A stretch of 64,000 nucleotides of DNA from Daphnia carinata (lineage: Eukaryota), in the NCBI RefSeq assembly GCF_022539665.2, contig NC_081332.1, positions 3,906,001 through 3,970,000 on the forward strand, given 5' to 3'. The notes beneath the pieces were generated by a model that worked only from the letters and a program-made list of their open reading frames with translations, searched no databases and was not told the DNA's origin. Numbering within the stretch: the first letter of the stretch is position 1; each line of letters opens with the position of its first letter. Of this stretch, positions 1-13,008 are shown one piece after another. Both the position numbers and the translations under genes were made by a program.

Positions 1-2120
1 ATCATTTAGACTCTTGTACAAACATACGCCAGACATATTTCACCTACATTTTCCGTATTCACGTTTCTTTCTTTTTTGTGTCATACCTCTTAGCTGGCGA
101 ACCGCATCCCGTAACATGCACCGTATCGTTTCTTTTGTTACGTTCCATAAAAAAGAAAAAAGAATTTCTTTAAGTTTAAAAGCACCCTAAAGCTCAACTT
201 GGATCGTCCGTTTAATTTTGTTTGTTGTTGACTGTTGCCTGGATGCGGTTCTTCCGAATAAAAAAATAAGAGAAAATAAATAAAAACCCTGGTGAGGCCA
301 AGGGCATCATAAGAAAATAGGGGATGTGTCATAATGCCTTGCCCGAGTATCCATCAACATCCATCACGGCATCCGTGAGCGAGTAGGTCTAGTTAACACT
401 GGACAGTCGGGACCCTTTTCGGAAGATGGAGGCAATAGTTTCCAATTACCGAAAGGTTGAATAAAAAAAAAAGGGAGTTGTCTTTTTGCGCCAGGTGCGC
501 GCGGTCAGCAAGCTTATTTTTGTTGATGTGATCGATTCGTCACGAGCCAAAAGTAGTTTTCATACCATCACGAATGAGGAAGCCCTGAACATTTTTGTTT
601 CATTTTGTCGGCGATATCCTTGAGACAGAGGCAGTACTCCGAGTAGAAAATCAAGTGTGGTAGTAGTAGCGGCAGCAGCAAAATAGCCGTTTTGGCACAT
701 TTCCCGTTTCGCTTTATGGGGTCTTACGTGTTCGTTTCAATAGGCGGGGGGTCCCAATTATAAATAAAATAGACGGGATCTCTGACTCATTTTATTTTTA
801 TTTTTTTTTGCCAAAATTCAAAAAGAAAATGAGTTGCAGATGAATAATCCGATGATTAACCCTGACCGTCTTTTTTCTTCCGTTTTTCTTTTTTTTTTTT
901 CGGCCGATCTTCACTGCCTTGTACTTTTTCTTCCGGTGTCAGACGATTGATTATTTTTTTTTTTTAAACGGGGGGCCCCCTGAGCGAAAGGTGAGAAGCC
1001 CCTGACAGAGTCATAAAAAAACGCCATCAATTTTTTTTTCTTGTTGTGTGATGATCCTTTAATTTATTCGCAACCATCAAACAATCCGTCGATATTTACA
1101 ACATTCCATACGGTTTTTTACACGATAACAACGATGCAATCTTATCTTTTCCTCATCTCTTTTCGACACGGACGCTCTTGAGCCGCATGTTTTATTTACC
1201 ACTTTGTAGGAAAAGGAATGTTTTGGTTTTTATTTGATTTTATTTAAATTTTAAGTCCCTACCCCCTCCCCTAGACTATGACCAAACACGGTGTTGGGAG
1301 AAGAAAGAGAGACCCTCTGTGGAAGATGTTCTCCTTCATCCTCCATGGTTTTTAATGTTTTTACCCTTGAGGCAGAATTTACAATACCACCTCTAGAGAA
1401 GCACAAGTTTGTGTTGTAGTCGATGCAAATATGACGTACGATCATTTATTATTCTTCTACAATTTGTTTAATGTTATTGTCAAGTTCAAGGCACACGTAA
1501 ATCGCAAAAAAAAACAAAAATTCTTATTTATTTTGAATCGTCTAATACTTTTTCGGGATTCAGAAACAGCACGCCGACAATATTTTCGTTGTCATTTGTT
1601 TTGAAAAAAAAAAAAAGAAATGGTTGCTAATGCAAATAGGGATTCCCTCCTAAACCTGTTCCCTCGCGGCAAGATTTGAATCTCTTTCGACTTGAACTTG
1701 CACATCTGGAAAACGTTGGCGGACACTTTCACTCCCGTAAAGATTCAAACGCACAGGCAAGACACACAACACGCACACATACAAGCGTCCAGGTGTTGTC
1801 GAGTCCCGCCTCCTCGAAACAGCCGAAGACCAATAGCCGCTGCCCAAGAAGGAGAGTCCGGGGCCACGCCAGGTGCCTTTGGGGTAGACGGTGGGTTGTA
1901 GTGATAGCCGAGTCGCTACGTCGATATCGTTCCATTCGGACGTGTTCACTCCCGAATGAAGAACGAACTCGACGCATTATTTTTTTGCATCCATGTTGAC
2001 GGACAAAGTACCGCAAAGTTGGCCGAAAAAATATCCGTCAAAACAAAGTGCAACCCGTTACGATTTTTTGTTATTATCGAGTGAACCCATTTCATCCCGC
2101 CTGCAAAATCAAATCGCACG

Positions 2121-2173
2121 ATGGTGACTTCATCACTGACTGTACTGACCGTAGCCATGGGGGTACTTAACAT
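2121..2173 (+). other. Possible further alternative 5' exon of Doa (UTR or short coding, MVTSSLTVLTVAMGVLN)
   Basis: Strong donor AT|gtgagt at 2173/2174, phase 2, compatible with exon 4965. Coding status is uncertain. Confidence 0.3.
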
Positions 2174-2575
2174 GTGAGTCTTTTATTTTAAATCTCGTTT
2201 TCTCCAGCCCACGGAATATTAGGCAATTTTTTGTATGTTTGTGTGTCTTCATTTTTTTTTTTTTTTATTTCATTTGAATTGGCTTGGAAAACCAACACAT
2301 TCTAGCGGCTATTACGAAATGTGTTCTCTCTGCCCGCGTGTTTCCCCCCTCTTCAATCTCCTACTTTTTTTTTTCCGCTTGTTTCGACATGGAAAATAAT
2401 TTTTTTTTCGGGATGTTGTGGTTTATTTTTTCTTATCCGATTGATATGAAACAGTAGGTTAGGAATGCGATGTTAAAATCGAAAGAGATTCGGAATGTTC
2501 GATGTCGTTTCAGTCTTGGTCTGTTTTTGAATGGGAATCACGTGTACTGATTGGCAGGCCGTAGGTTTCGATTGC

Positions 2576-2882
2576 ATGGGATCATGTTTATCGGTCGACC
2601 GGGACCAGTACCGCCCGCGGTCTCAACTGTCCGACACCACCGGTCGCTACTTTATCAGGTGACAAAACAAAAAAACAAAAATTGCAGACAAGAAAAGTTG
2701 TCTTGTTACAACGTAGCGATGACGGGGCGCCAGTGTGAGGTGCGATAAATGAAAGGGGGGACAATCGATTGACGGGATTTATATTCACTTCTTTTTGATT
2801 GGTGTTTTTAAGTTGAAGGCCATCCTCGTTCCAGGACATGTGTTTTGTCAAGCCATGTTTGTGTGCCGTTGGGTGTTGTCTC

Positions 2883-2913
<31 letters not shown>

Positions 2914-4071
2914 GAAAAAGAAAAATAACTCGATGCCTTGGTGTCGAGAAGAGACACCCAAAAGAGTTCGCTTTTTGATGTTATTTTGGCTATCCAAAAG
3001 AAAAAAAAAAAAATTGTGTTGCTCTTTTGGTTCGTTTATTCTGCATTGGCTCGAAGGTCGAGGAGAGAGGGCCCCCAACTTTATTTTTGTTTGATTGCGA
3101 TGACGATTGGGATCATCCAAGGGCGCGCGAATATGTTAAATGCTTTCCTTTCATCCAGATTCAATAGAAAACGGGCGAATAATAGAATTTATTGAGGCCC
3201 ATTTATCGAGAAGAAAATGAAAAGAAATTTTTGTTTAAAAGCGAGTTCTTTTTTTTAAATATTTAATTCACAGCTTTCATTCTTCATCCACTCACCTTGA
3301 ATCGGAATTAGATTTAACGTTTAAAAAAAAAAACAAGCCGTCTTCTTGCGTAAGAGAGACTGGTTTCTCGTCTGTTTCACTTGTCGGGATGGCTTTTAAT
3401 CTCGTGAAGAAAAAAAAAAAGAGGTCCCGAAAAAAAAATATATATATTCAGGAGGGGAGTAATTGCGTGAAAAGAGACAACGCCGCCGTAATGTCGCTTT
3501 GTAGCTCTCACTTTTTTTTTCTTCTTCTTTAAGGAGAGAATTGTTTATGAAAGGATTTTTTTTTTAAAGACCGTGACACGTCACAAAATCCAAATCTTGT
3601 TGAATTTGAATATTGAGAGCAGAAGAATTGACCGAATTTCCCTTCTGCTGTCAGTCGAATTTGTTTTTGAAAAAAAAAAAAAAAAGAATCTGTTGATGTG
3701 AACAAGGTTGTTCCCGTTTTCCTATTGGGGGTAGTAACTGGGTGCAGTAAAAGATGGTGGACTTTTTTTTTTTTTTTTTTTTATGTAAGTCACTAATAAA
3801 TTCATTGAAAAGAGAGAAAGGCATGGCTGACTCGCACGCCCCGTGTCCAGCTTTTGAACACGAGCTCTTTTTAAAGGCATAAAGGTGCTCCTTATACCTT
3901 GCGGCTAGTATTCACGATCTACGGTTTTCACTTCTACGGTGCGCCGTAAAATACCCGTCGGTCATTTTTTGTTTTTTATCCTTTCAGCTTTTGCCTTATT
4001 TAGCGAGCGTAGAGACGATCGCTCGTTAAATGACTCAACCCAACGTTTTTTCTTTGTTGTTTGTAGAGGAA

Positions 4072-4111
<40 letters not shown>

Positions 4112-6162
4112 AGAAATATGCGAAAAGAAACGATGTAATGTTGCATCGAACCAACCGTGAATATTCGTCCGGTTTGGTCCGGTCGATTGAAATCCCCCCA
4201 CGTTTCAATTTCGACAGAAGGCTGACGGGTCATTGATTTTGACTGAAAGGGGACCGCCGGCTCTTAACCAATTCAATTCAGTCGTCATTAAGGAGATAGC
4301 CAAACGATTGGCGGTCATAGTTTGGAACAATCTCGTTGCGTCCGGTGTCGAAGAAAAAAACAAACAAACAAGGCTTTTAAGAAGAGAGTTAAAAATAACA
4401 AAAAAAAAAAGGGGGGGGGGGGGGGAGAGGGAAATCATAAATATGAAGTAGATGATAATTTTGAAAAAAAAAGAGATTTCAAAATGAACTGGTTTTGCAG
4501 CTTTAGTGCAATTTAAATGTTGTGTGGTTGACCGGTGTTATGGTTACATCGATTTTTTCGGGACGGGTGGTGGTTGGACGGGTTTCGTCAAAAATGGACA
4601 CGCGATACCAGACAATTTTCGTTTGTGTTTTTCGATATCGGCTACATCTATCAGCACTGCCCTTCCATCATAAAAAAAAAACAACAACCTCCTCGTCTAC
4701 GTGGAAATGTTCGAAAACAACTGATGTCTCTTCATCAAAAAATAACCAAGGCCAATGCTAAATCGGGAATAACGAGCCAATGACACAGCCAACTTCTCAC
4801 TTGCCAGTTTATTATTTTTTTTTTTTTTTTTTTGGTTTTCTATTTTCAAACGTGATGGATAGCATCTCTCCAATCGTATCACAAAGAATTTCAGAAGAAA
4901 AACAACAATCGTTGTGAACCCCTTTTCATTTTGACATTGTTTTTTTTTTGTGATTTGATTGCAGTGGTAGCCGACATCAGAAGCGCCACGATAATCGAGA
5001 CAGCAGTTTGGGCAGTTCTTTTCGTCGCAAACATTCTACGAGATCGCCGTCGACTGGCGAAGCCGGCGGGACCGGAACGGCCGGCTCGGAAAGGCGAAGG
5101 GAACGGAGGCAGCGGAGAGAGCGCAAACCACTGGAACAGCAACCGGTGGCCACGACGGCCGTCCACCGTCGATCTCCCTACAACGCCTCACCCATCCAGG
5201 TGGGTTTTCTCTTTTCAAATCTTTTTTTTTTTTTTTTCTTTTTTCTTTGTTTGGCTTTTGTTTTGTTTTTGCTGTCAAACGTTCAATTAGTTAATTGGAT
5301 TAAAAATAAGAAACGATTCCATCATGCAATCTTCGACTTGTCCGAGAACTGGGTCACCTTTGCCAACACGCACCTAATTGAAACGTGTTTAACTTTCAAA
5401 ATTAAATGCTTTTTTTTTTTTTTTGTGTCCGTTCGTTCCGCCTACATTGCATTGTAAAAGACATCAGGATGTAATCTGTTGGACAGGGAGAGAGAGAGAG
5501 AGAGTCGTGGATCAAGGTTTCCCTTTTTTTAATGTTTCGCGCTCTCTATTTTCGGCTTGTTATTATTATTTTTTTTTTTTATCTTTGTTCACTATTATTG
5601 TTTGGCAAAACGTATTGTCTAGTAACGTGTATACATTTCCAATCGTGAGTTTTGGGAGGAGTTTTTCATCTTGTCGGGATCAGGTTCCTTTTCTATGGGC
5701 TATTGTGATCAATGGCAGAGTATAGTCTATCTAATCTTTTGGTCCATCTTGGCTAACGTACGGCATCGATGGGTGGACCGGTATTTAAAAAAACAAAACA
5801 AAAACAGCTGTGTTCAATGACCAAACAAGGGATTTTGTGGTTTGGACATTTTCTATTTGTTTAAACGTTAGAATCCCGAAAAAAAAACAACAAAAAAAAA
5901 AAAACAGTTTCAATTTGAAAAATTGGCCAGTTCTCGGAGAAGGTGTCTGATGATTTGCATATGGATGTCGACGTCGTTTTGATGAAGGGTAAGTTGTACC
6001 TCGTGTCATTAACCTACCCCCACAACGCACACACACTATACCAAAGAGATTAGACGCCATTGGCTAATTATACCTCTTGTTTTGGCGGCGCGTGTTTGTA
6101 CGTGAGTTGAACTTGCGTCACCATCTGCACAAGATGGTGGTCAAACTTTGTTCCAGAACGCG

Positions 6163-6195
<33 letters not shown>

Positions 6196-9100
6196 AATGG
6201 CATTGATACACTACGGTTACAAAAAAAGATAGCGAGTAGCTTTTTTCCCGAAGGCGACGCTATGTGAGAAAGAAAAAAAAAAAAAAAAAAGCGCCGGGTG
6301 AGCATTCTAATCTTAGCACTGGAACACCTTTCAGTCCTGGGATGCGCGCATGAACGTTTGGGTAAGGAAAAAAAAAAAAAAAAGAGGAGGGGAAACGGTT
6401 AGCGGGGTGGTTTTAAATTTAGAACTCGTGAAGGGAACGGGAAAAATGAGTAAGAGTTTTTTTGGGTGAAGCTGGAACGGCCCAGAGATTGAGGAGAAGA
6501 AGAAGAAAAACAAAAAAAAAAAACAAAAAAAAATTGGGGGGGGGGGAGGGAAAGGGGGAGGGGAAGACTGTATTCCGCTGCGGAGTTTTTTGGGTTTGCG
6601 TATAACACATACAAACACATAGAACGTACACCCCTCCGCCCCATCTCCCGCGGATTGCGAGACTCGCTCGTCCGTCCCTGTGGCCAGTAGCGTCCTGCTA
6701 ACCGTCCCAGACGCACACACACGCACGCAAGAAAGGAACAGTGCTGGACAAGAGAATCTGTTTGTGTCGACTTACTTGAACGCAGACCAATTTTTTTTTG
6801 AAAGTGTGTGCGGGCACGTCGGAAGTGCTGGCCGAGTGGTGCGGGGAGGGAGGGGGTCAATAACAAGGCCCACTTTCAAAAGTGTTCTATTCCTCATCCG
6901 GCAATAGCCGGAAGGGAGAGAAGGGAATGTTTTGTTTTGGTATCGAAAAATTCAAGCCCATCTGCGACGGGATTCTTTGAATTGTTTTGGCCTGTTGAGT
7001 GAAGGAGGGCGTTAGTGGCGGCTTCCCAATGAGGAGAGTGTTCCAGTTTCCGGAGTGAAGGGGTGGGGGGGGGGCACTGAAAGTTTTTAGGGGAATCCAA
7101 ATTTGAACTTGTATTTTTTGAAGAAAAAAAAAACAAAGAAAACAAAGAAAACATCGAAAAAAAGAAAAAGAACGCACCTGGAAACCCCTTTTGCTACATA
7201 TCTGAAGGAAACATAACGTCTGGAACATGTCCGCCTCCCGGCGGCGTCACTCTGAACAATTGCCTTTGCAGCGACCACTGCCGGATGAAGTGGAACCTAG
7301 CGCCATCCGTCATGGAGCAGAACAGGCGAATCATCGCGTCCATCGTTCGAACGTTCAGCCGCAGCCACTGATGCGGACGCGCAGCTCTGCTCATTTGTTT
7401 CTCGGCCAACTGACGGGAACGTGTTCCAGCCTCTTTCGACGCTTGTCTGTTAAAGTGCGTTACTTGTCCCTGTCGCTCATCCCCGGTTCGTCCGGCTCGC
7501 GATCCAGTTCGGCCACTGGCGCAATCGGATCGTCTAGGCCGTCCAGCCCCGGCCAAAGAAATCGGCCGCGTTCGGCCGACAGGGTCGTCGAAGACGTCGG
7601 AGCCGGCCAAAAAATCCGTCCTCGACGCCACACGACGACCGTCTGCACGACGATGGACGAGTCTACTCCCGTAGCCAATCACGGCCCTGTCAGTTCGGGA
7701 TTTCTCAACGACTACCGGAGGGCTCGGCGTTCGCCCAGTCCCGGATCGGACAGCGAAGCCACTCCGACGCCCAGCCCTTGTACGTTTTCCATGCCGACGG
7801 CCACCGTTGAGGACACGGTGTACACGGCTGGCCAGCAACACCTCAGGGCCGACGATTACCCAACGCTGAAAGGATCGAGCCGTCGTAGGCGGCGCCACCA
7901 TCACCACAGCAGCAGCGGCAGTAACGGCAATGGTAGCCACAACAACAACAACAACAACAACCAACATAATCGACATCAACGTCATAACCGGAAGAGTCAG
8001 ACGGAAGCATGTACAGGTCGTGCGAGCCCATTGACGATGGCGGACGACGACGACGACGACGTCGTTGTTGGTCCGCCGAACAGCTGCGCCGCGGCAGCAG
8101 ACGACAACGACGACCACCAGTTGTTGAACGAGTCGACTGGAACACCTTTGGCACTGGACCAATGTTTTGCGCTGGGCCTAAATTTAACCAGTTTGGCTCC
8201 AAAGTCGGCCAAGTCGACGGATACATTTTTGGCCGGCGACCAACCCAACGACGAAGATGAGGAGGAGGACGAGGAGGAGGAGGAGGAAGACGATGGAGAA
8301 GAAGACGAAAAGGACGACGTTGCCATTGCAGCCGCATCGTCTGCTTGCCAGTCTGAGCAAGTAGAATGCGAGTTGTTGTCCAGTCACGACAGCACCGCTT
8401 TGGCCAATCCCTATTTTGATTGGTTTCTATCGTGCAATTTGCAAGACGACGAAGAGGAGGACAAGTTGGGCGCCAACGCGTCGCTGGCCGAAAGGAGGCC
8501 GTCCTCGAAAGTGTCTCACAGACCGGTGACGTCCGTCCGTCAAGAGGAGGACGAAGAGGAAGAAGAGCATTTACATCCGTCGCTCGAAGATTTGCCTTAC
8601 CCCATTTTGCTGGACGATTGGATTTCGCCGCCTTCGCCACCGGCCGTCCCGTTGGAACACGACCGTCCGCCCGGTGCCAGTTCGATGGATCGCGATCCGT
8701 TGACGGCGTTGCGCCACCACTCGAACTGGTTCGAAGATTACGCCTATCCGGCCTATTCGAGCAAGTCGAGTCAGGCGGGCGGCGCTGGGGGCAGTAGCAG
8801 CAAATCATCGAATCGATTGTCCGCTAACGCTGGAACGCTGGCCGCCACGTCGGTCGGCAGCAGCCGCATGATGGCCGAAAAGGCCTACCCGTACGTGTCG
8901 TCTCCGGCCGCAGCGTCGCGACACAGCAACACGAAATACCATCAAGGCACGACGTCGTCCTATCACCTCGATCCGTACGATGCGCTCTACGACGAAGCGG
9001 CCTATCAGGTGCCGGACGCTGGATCGGGAAGCAAACTTGCATCGTCTACTGCTACTGGCAAGCCCTCTACGTCGAATATCATTCCGGTGCCATTATCATC

Positions 9101-12100
9101 GTCGGCGTCGTCGTCGTCTGGCAATAATAACAGCGAACGCGGAGTCCATCCGGGACCCGAATCCTTTCCTGGCGTGGAGCCCGGCACGCGCCCTACCGGT
9201 TGCCATGGATACGGCACAACGTCTACCGCTACTACCACCACCACCAGCGCAACTGGTAGTAGCAAGATACCACTGGCGTCTTCGACGACGGCCGTTGGCC
9301 AATCGTCTGCTAATTCATCGAACCTCATTACCCGAACGGTTAGAACGAGACGGTCCCAGCGCGTTGGTCCAGCCCGGCATCTCGCATTTTTTTTTTTTTT
9401 TTTTTTTGTTTAAATTGCGCACACCTTATTGCTCTGCAGCCGCATGGATTATTCATCAGTTTTAAAAAATGACATTTTCTTTAAATGTTACTAACTCACC
9501 AAAGCGCCATTGCGGAAATCATAGGCATGTTGTTTTATTTAAACCCTTTTAAAATTGGTATGCGCGTCTGCATTGGCGACATGAGCGAAACAGGGGGGTG
9601 GGGTGTTGTATCTTCATTTTCTTGTTGATGATGATCATCGAGAAAAAGGGAGAATCGGTTGCTCGATTTCTCAAACTGCGGGCAGCCGAGAATAACACGC
9701 CGTCAGATGACAAAAGATGAGGACGAATTTAGAGCATAGTTTGGCCGTTTGCCCGTCCTCGAACCCAACTCTCTGTCCTACTGTCTCACCTTGTCTGCGC
9801 GTGTGTGTGTGTGTTGTGTGCGTGCGTAAATGACGTTTCTTTTATTTTTGATCTCAATTGTTTTGTTTTGTTTTCTTTTCTTTTTGTTTTTATATTACTA
9901 TTAGTGTTATGGTGCAAGTTGTTATTTTTAGTCATTTGCGCATGATCCGCTAGACTTGTGCTTCTTGTATGGTAGTTTTAAAACATTAGCGTATCAAATA
10001 AGTTTAAGTAGCTTAAGAAAACGAGCAAAAAAAAAAAAAAATCCTGTAAAAAGGAAAAAAAACAAAACAAAAAAAAACAAATATCGAGGACGAGATCGCC
10101 ATTGTCTTTGGTCTGTTTCTCCTTCCTCTATGGGTCTCTCTCGTTGCCTCGTCCGTCCATCCATCCGCCCAATCTGTTGAACACACTGGGCTGCGCGCGC
10201 CATTCCAATCGGGGTTCCGTTTTGCCGCCGCCTCGCTCTGGCTCTTCCTGTACGCACGTCGATGAAATTGTTGATCGGACGGCGGTTTCCTTGATATCGG
10301 TGCTCGATGGGCTGCCCCCGTGGTTCCTGTTGCCGACTCCCGACTGCCATCGAGTAGAGTTCCCGTGCCCCGTCGGTGGAGGACGACGAAGACGGACATC
10401 TTCTTTACCGAAATGGCGACATCCTGCAGAATCGATGTTCGTTTGCCATTGCTACACACACACAAACAAAAATCAAAAAACAATTAACACACTACCACAA
10501 AAAGACAGACTTTTCAAATGTTTTTTATTTGATTATTTTCAATGTAGAAAAGTAGAAAAAAAAAAAAAAAAAAAAAAAAAAATCAAACCGAGAGGGGAGA
10601 TAGGAAACAACTGAATTCAAGTTTTGTTTTTAGTTGTTTTTATTTTGATTTTGTCTTTTTTTTTTTTTTTTCTTTTATTTTTGAGTAATTTGTTTTTCAA
10701 CTAAATAATTGATTGCTGGGGTTTCCCAAATTTCGTGTATAAAAACAGAGAGAGAGAGAGAGAGAGAGAGAAACGATAGAAACTAGAAAAAGTTTGGCAT
10801 TTGGAAAAAACAAAAAAGTGCTGTTTTTTTTTTTTTTTTTAAGTCTTAAAATTCAAAAGATTTGAAAAGAGTTTTAAAGTTGTTTTTTTTTTGTTACGAC
10901 ACTTGTATTCAATTGCATCTCTAAATTCTAACAAACAAACAAAAAAAAAACACTTTTGTTTTGTTTATGTCACCTTGCAGATCGAGTGCTGGCCACCCTG
11001 GGCGAAGGCACCTTTGGTAAAGTTGTCAAAGTCAAAGACGTGACCAAAATCAGGTAGATTCTTCTAAACGTTTTTCATTTCTCTTTTCTTTTTTTTTTCA
11101 AATTTGAAATTTTCATATTCGTTTGATTCCCACCAACTCGACTTGGTCAACATCCGTTTTCTTATGTTCGACTTTGTTTCCCCTTGTGTTTTGTTGTTGA
11201 AATTTATTACCGACAGTCCACTGTGTTATTAGTTGCTATAACAACTAACGATCTTTTGTTTCTTTTCCTCAAACAAAAAACGAAAACAAACCTCTTTTTT
11301 TTCTTCTTTTTAAACCTTGAACTAAATATAGGGATGAGAGCTTCGCCTTAAAGATCATCAAGAACGTGGAGAAATACCGAGAGGCAGCCAAACTGGAGAT
11401 CAACGTGCTGGAGAAATTGGATCGTAAGGATCCCGAAGGCAAATTGTAAGTGGTTCCCCCTTTTTTTTTTTTTATTATTTAAAGTATCTCTAATGGTTTA
11501 TCTCGTTTATTTATTTTTACGTCATTGGGTTTTTTTTTTACGTTTTTTTCTTTTTTTTTCTTTTTTTGTGTGTATAGCTTGTGCGTCAAGATGCTGGACT
11601 GGTTCGATTATCACGGCCATATGTGCATCGCCTTTGAAATGCTCGGCCTTTCCGTTTTCGATTTTCTGGTCAGTGGCATTCTCTATCGATTTGAACGAAG
11701 AAATCTTAATATTTTATTATTCAATGACGTCAAAAAAAAAAACAGAAGGACAACAATTATCAGCCGTACTCGTTGGACCAGGTGCGTCACATTGGCTACC
11801 AATTGTCCTACGCCGTGCGATTCCTACACGACAACAAGTTGACTCACACCGACTTGAAGCCCGAAAACATTCTCTTCGTCGACTCGGATTTCGACATCTC
11901 CTACAACCCAAAAAAGGTGATTTTGCAATTTCCCCCCCTTTTTTTTGTGTTCTCTTTTTTACGAATGCCATGTGAATAACTCTGATTGGCGGCACTGTGT
12001 TTTTGCCCGTCTGTTGTCAAGTGACGGGGTTAGTACCAATGCGATGCATTGCAAATGGAATCGTTCAAGTGCTGGGGCGTCGTGACGGCGACGGCCCTGA

Positions 12101-13008
12101 TTTCTAATCTTTTTTTTGGCTCTCGTCCCGGCGACGCCATTCACCTTCACTTTTTTTTTTTTTTTCAATTTTCATTTTTATTCTTTTACGCTGTTATTAT
12201 GTTGTTTATTTATATATATACATATAATGTCCCTCTTTTTTTTTTTTTCTTTTTGTGTGTTACCTTGACTGTGCAGAAAAGGGATTACCGACGAGTGAAA
12301 AGAACGGACGTGCGGCTGATCGATTTTGGTAGCGCCACATTTGACCACGAGCATCACAGCACCATCGTCTCTACGCGCCACTACCGAGCTCCCGAAGTGA
12401 TACTGGGTAATTTTTCAAGTGATTTGCCATTCTTTTGGCCATAATTAATGATGGGTTTTTTTTTTTTTTTGCTACCCGCGTGTAGAATTGGGTTGGACGC
12501 AGCCTTGCGATGTCTGGTCGATTGGATGCATCCTTTTTGAACTCTACTTGGGCGTCACTCTCTTTCAGACCCACGATAATCGTGAACATCTGGCCATGAT
12601 GGAGCGCATTCTCGGTCCCATTCCGTACAGGTAGGCTACCTATTTCACCTGCTGTTATTGTTTTGTTTTTTTTGTTTTTTTTTAAATACGTCGAATTGAA
12701 ATGACAGGATGGGCAGGAAGACAAAGACCAAGTACTTTTACCACGGCCGGCTCGACTGGGACGAGAAGAGCTCGGCGGGTCGCTACGTCCGCGAGAACTG
12801 CAAACCGCTGAAGCGCTACCAGGTGTCGGACGAAGAGGATCACGTCCTCCTCTTCGACGTCATCCAGCGGATGCTCGAGTACGAGCCTTCGCAGCGGATC
12901 ACGCTGACGGAAGCGCTGAAACATCCGTTTTTCGACAAGATACCGCCACACCTACGGCTCGGCGCCGACCGAGTCGACCGCGAGCGCAGTCATTCACTCT
13001 CCAGATGA
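2576..13008 (+). CDS. Doa: LAMMER/CLK dual-specificity kinase (Darkener of apricot orthologue), short-N-terminus isoform. Exons 2576-2658, 4965-5199, 10358-10436, 10981-11053, 11332-11445, 11578-11668, 11746-11916, 12277-12406, 12486-12630, 12708-13008
   Basis: The spliced translation contains [59 protein letters not shown] and the signature [11 protein letters not shown]. All junctions are GT-AG and phase-compatible. The kinase exons are secure; the two 5' exons are inferred. Confidence 0.93.
7227..9338 (+). CDS. Doa: Alternative long first coding exon of Doa/CLK (704 codons, low complexity: RS, poly-H/N, acidic, poly-S/T)
   Basis: Long ORF 7227-9413 with a phase-0 donor (ACG|gttaga) at 9338/9339. 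This is compatible with the phase-0 acceptor at 10358 ([16 protein letters not shown]). Confidence 0.75.

Noticed and set aside
7194..9328. Long antisense ORFs (322 and 321 aa) opposite the Doa long exon
   Set aside because: They are shadows of GC-rich triplet-repeat coding sequence with no domain signal.
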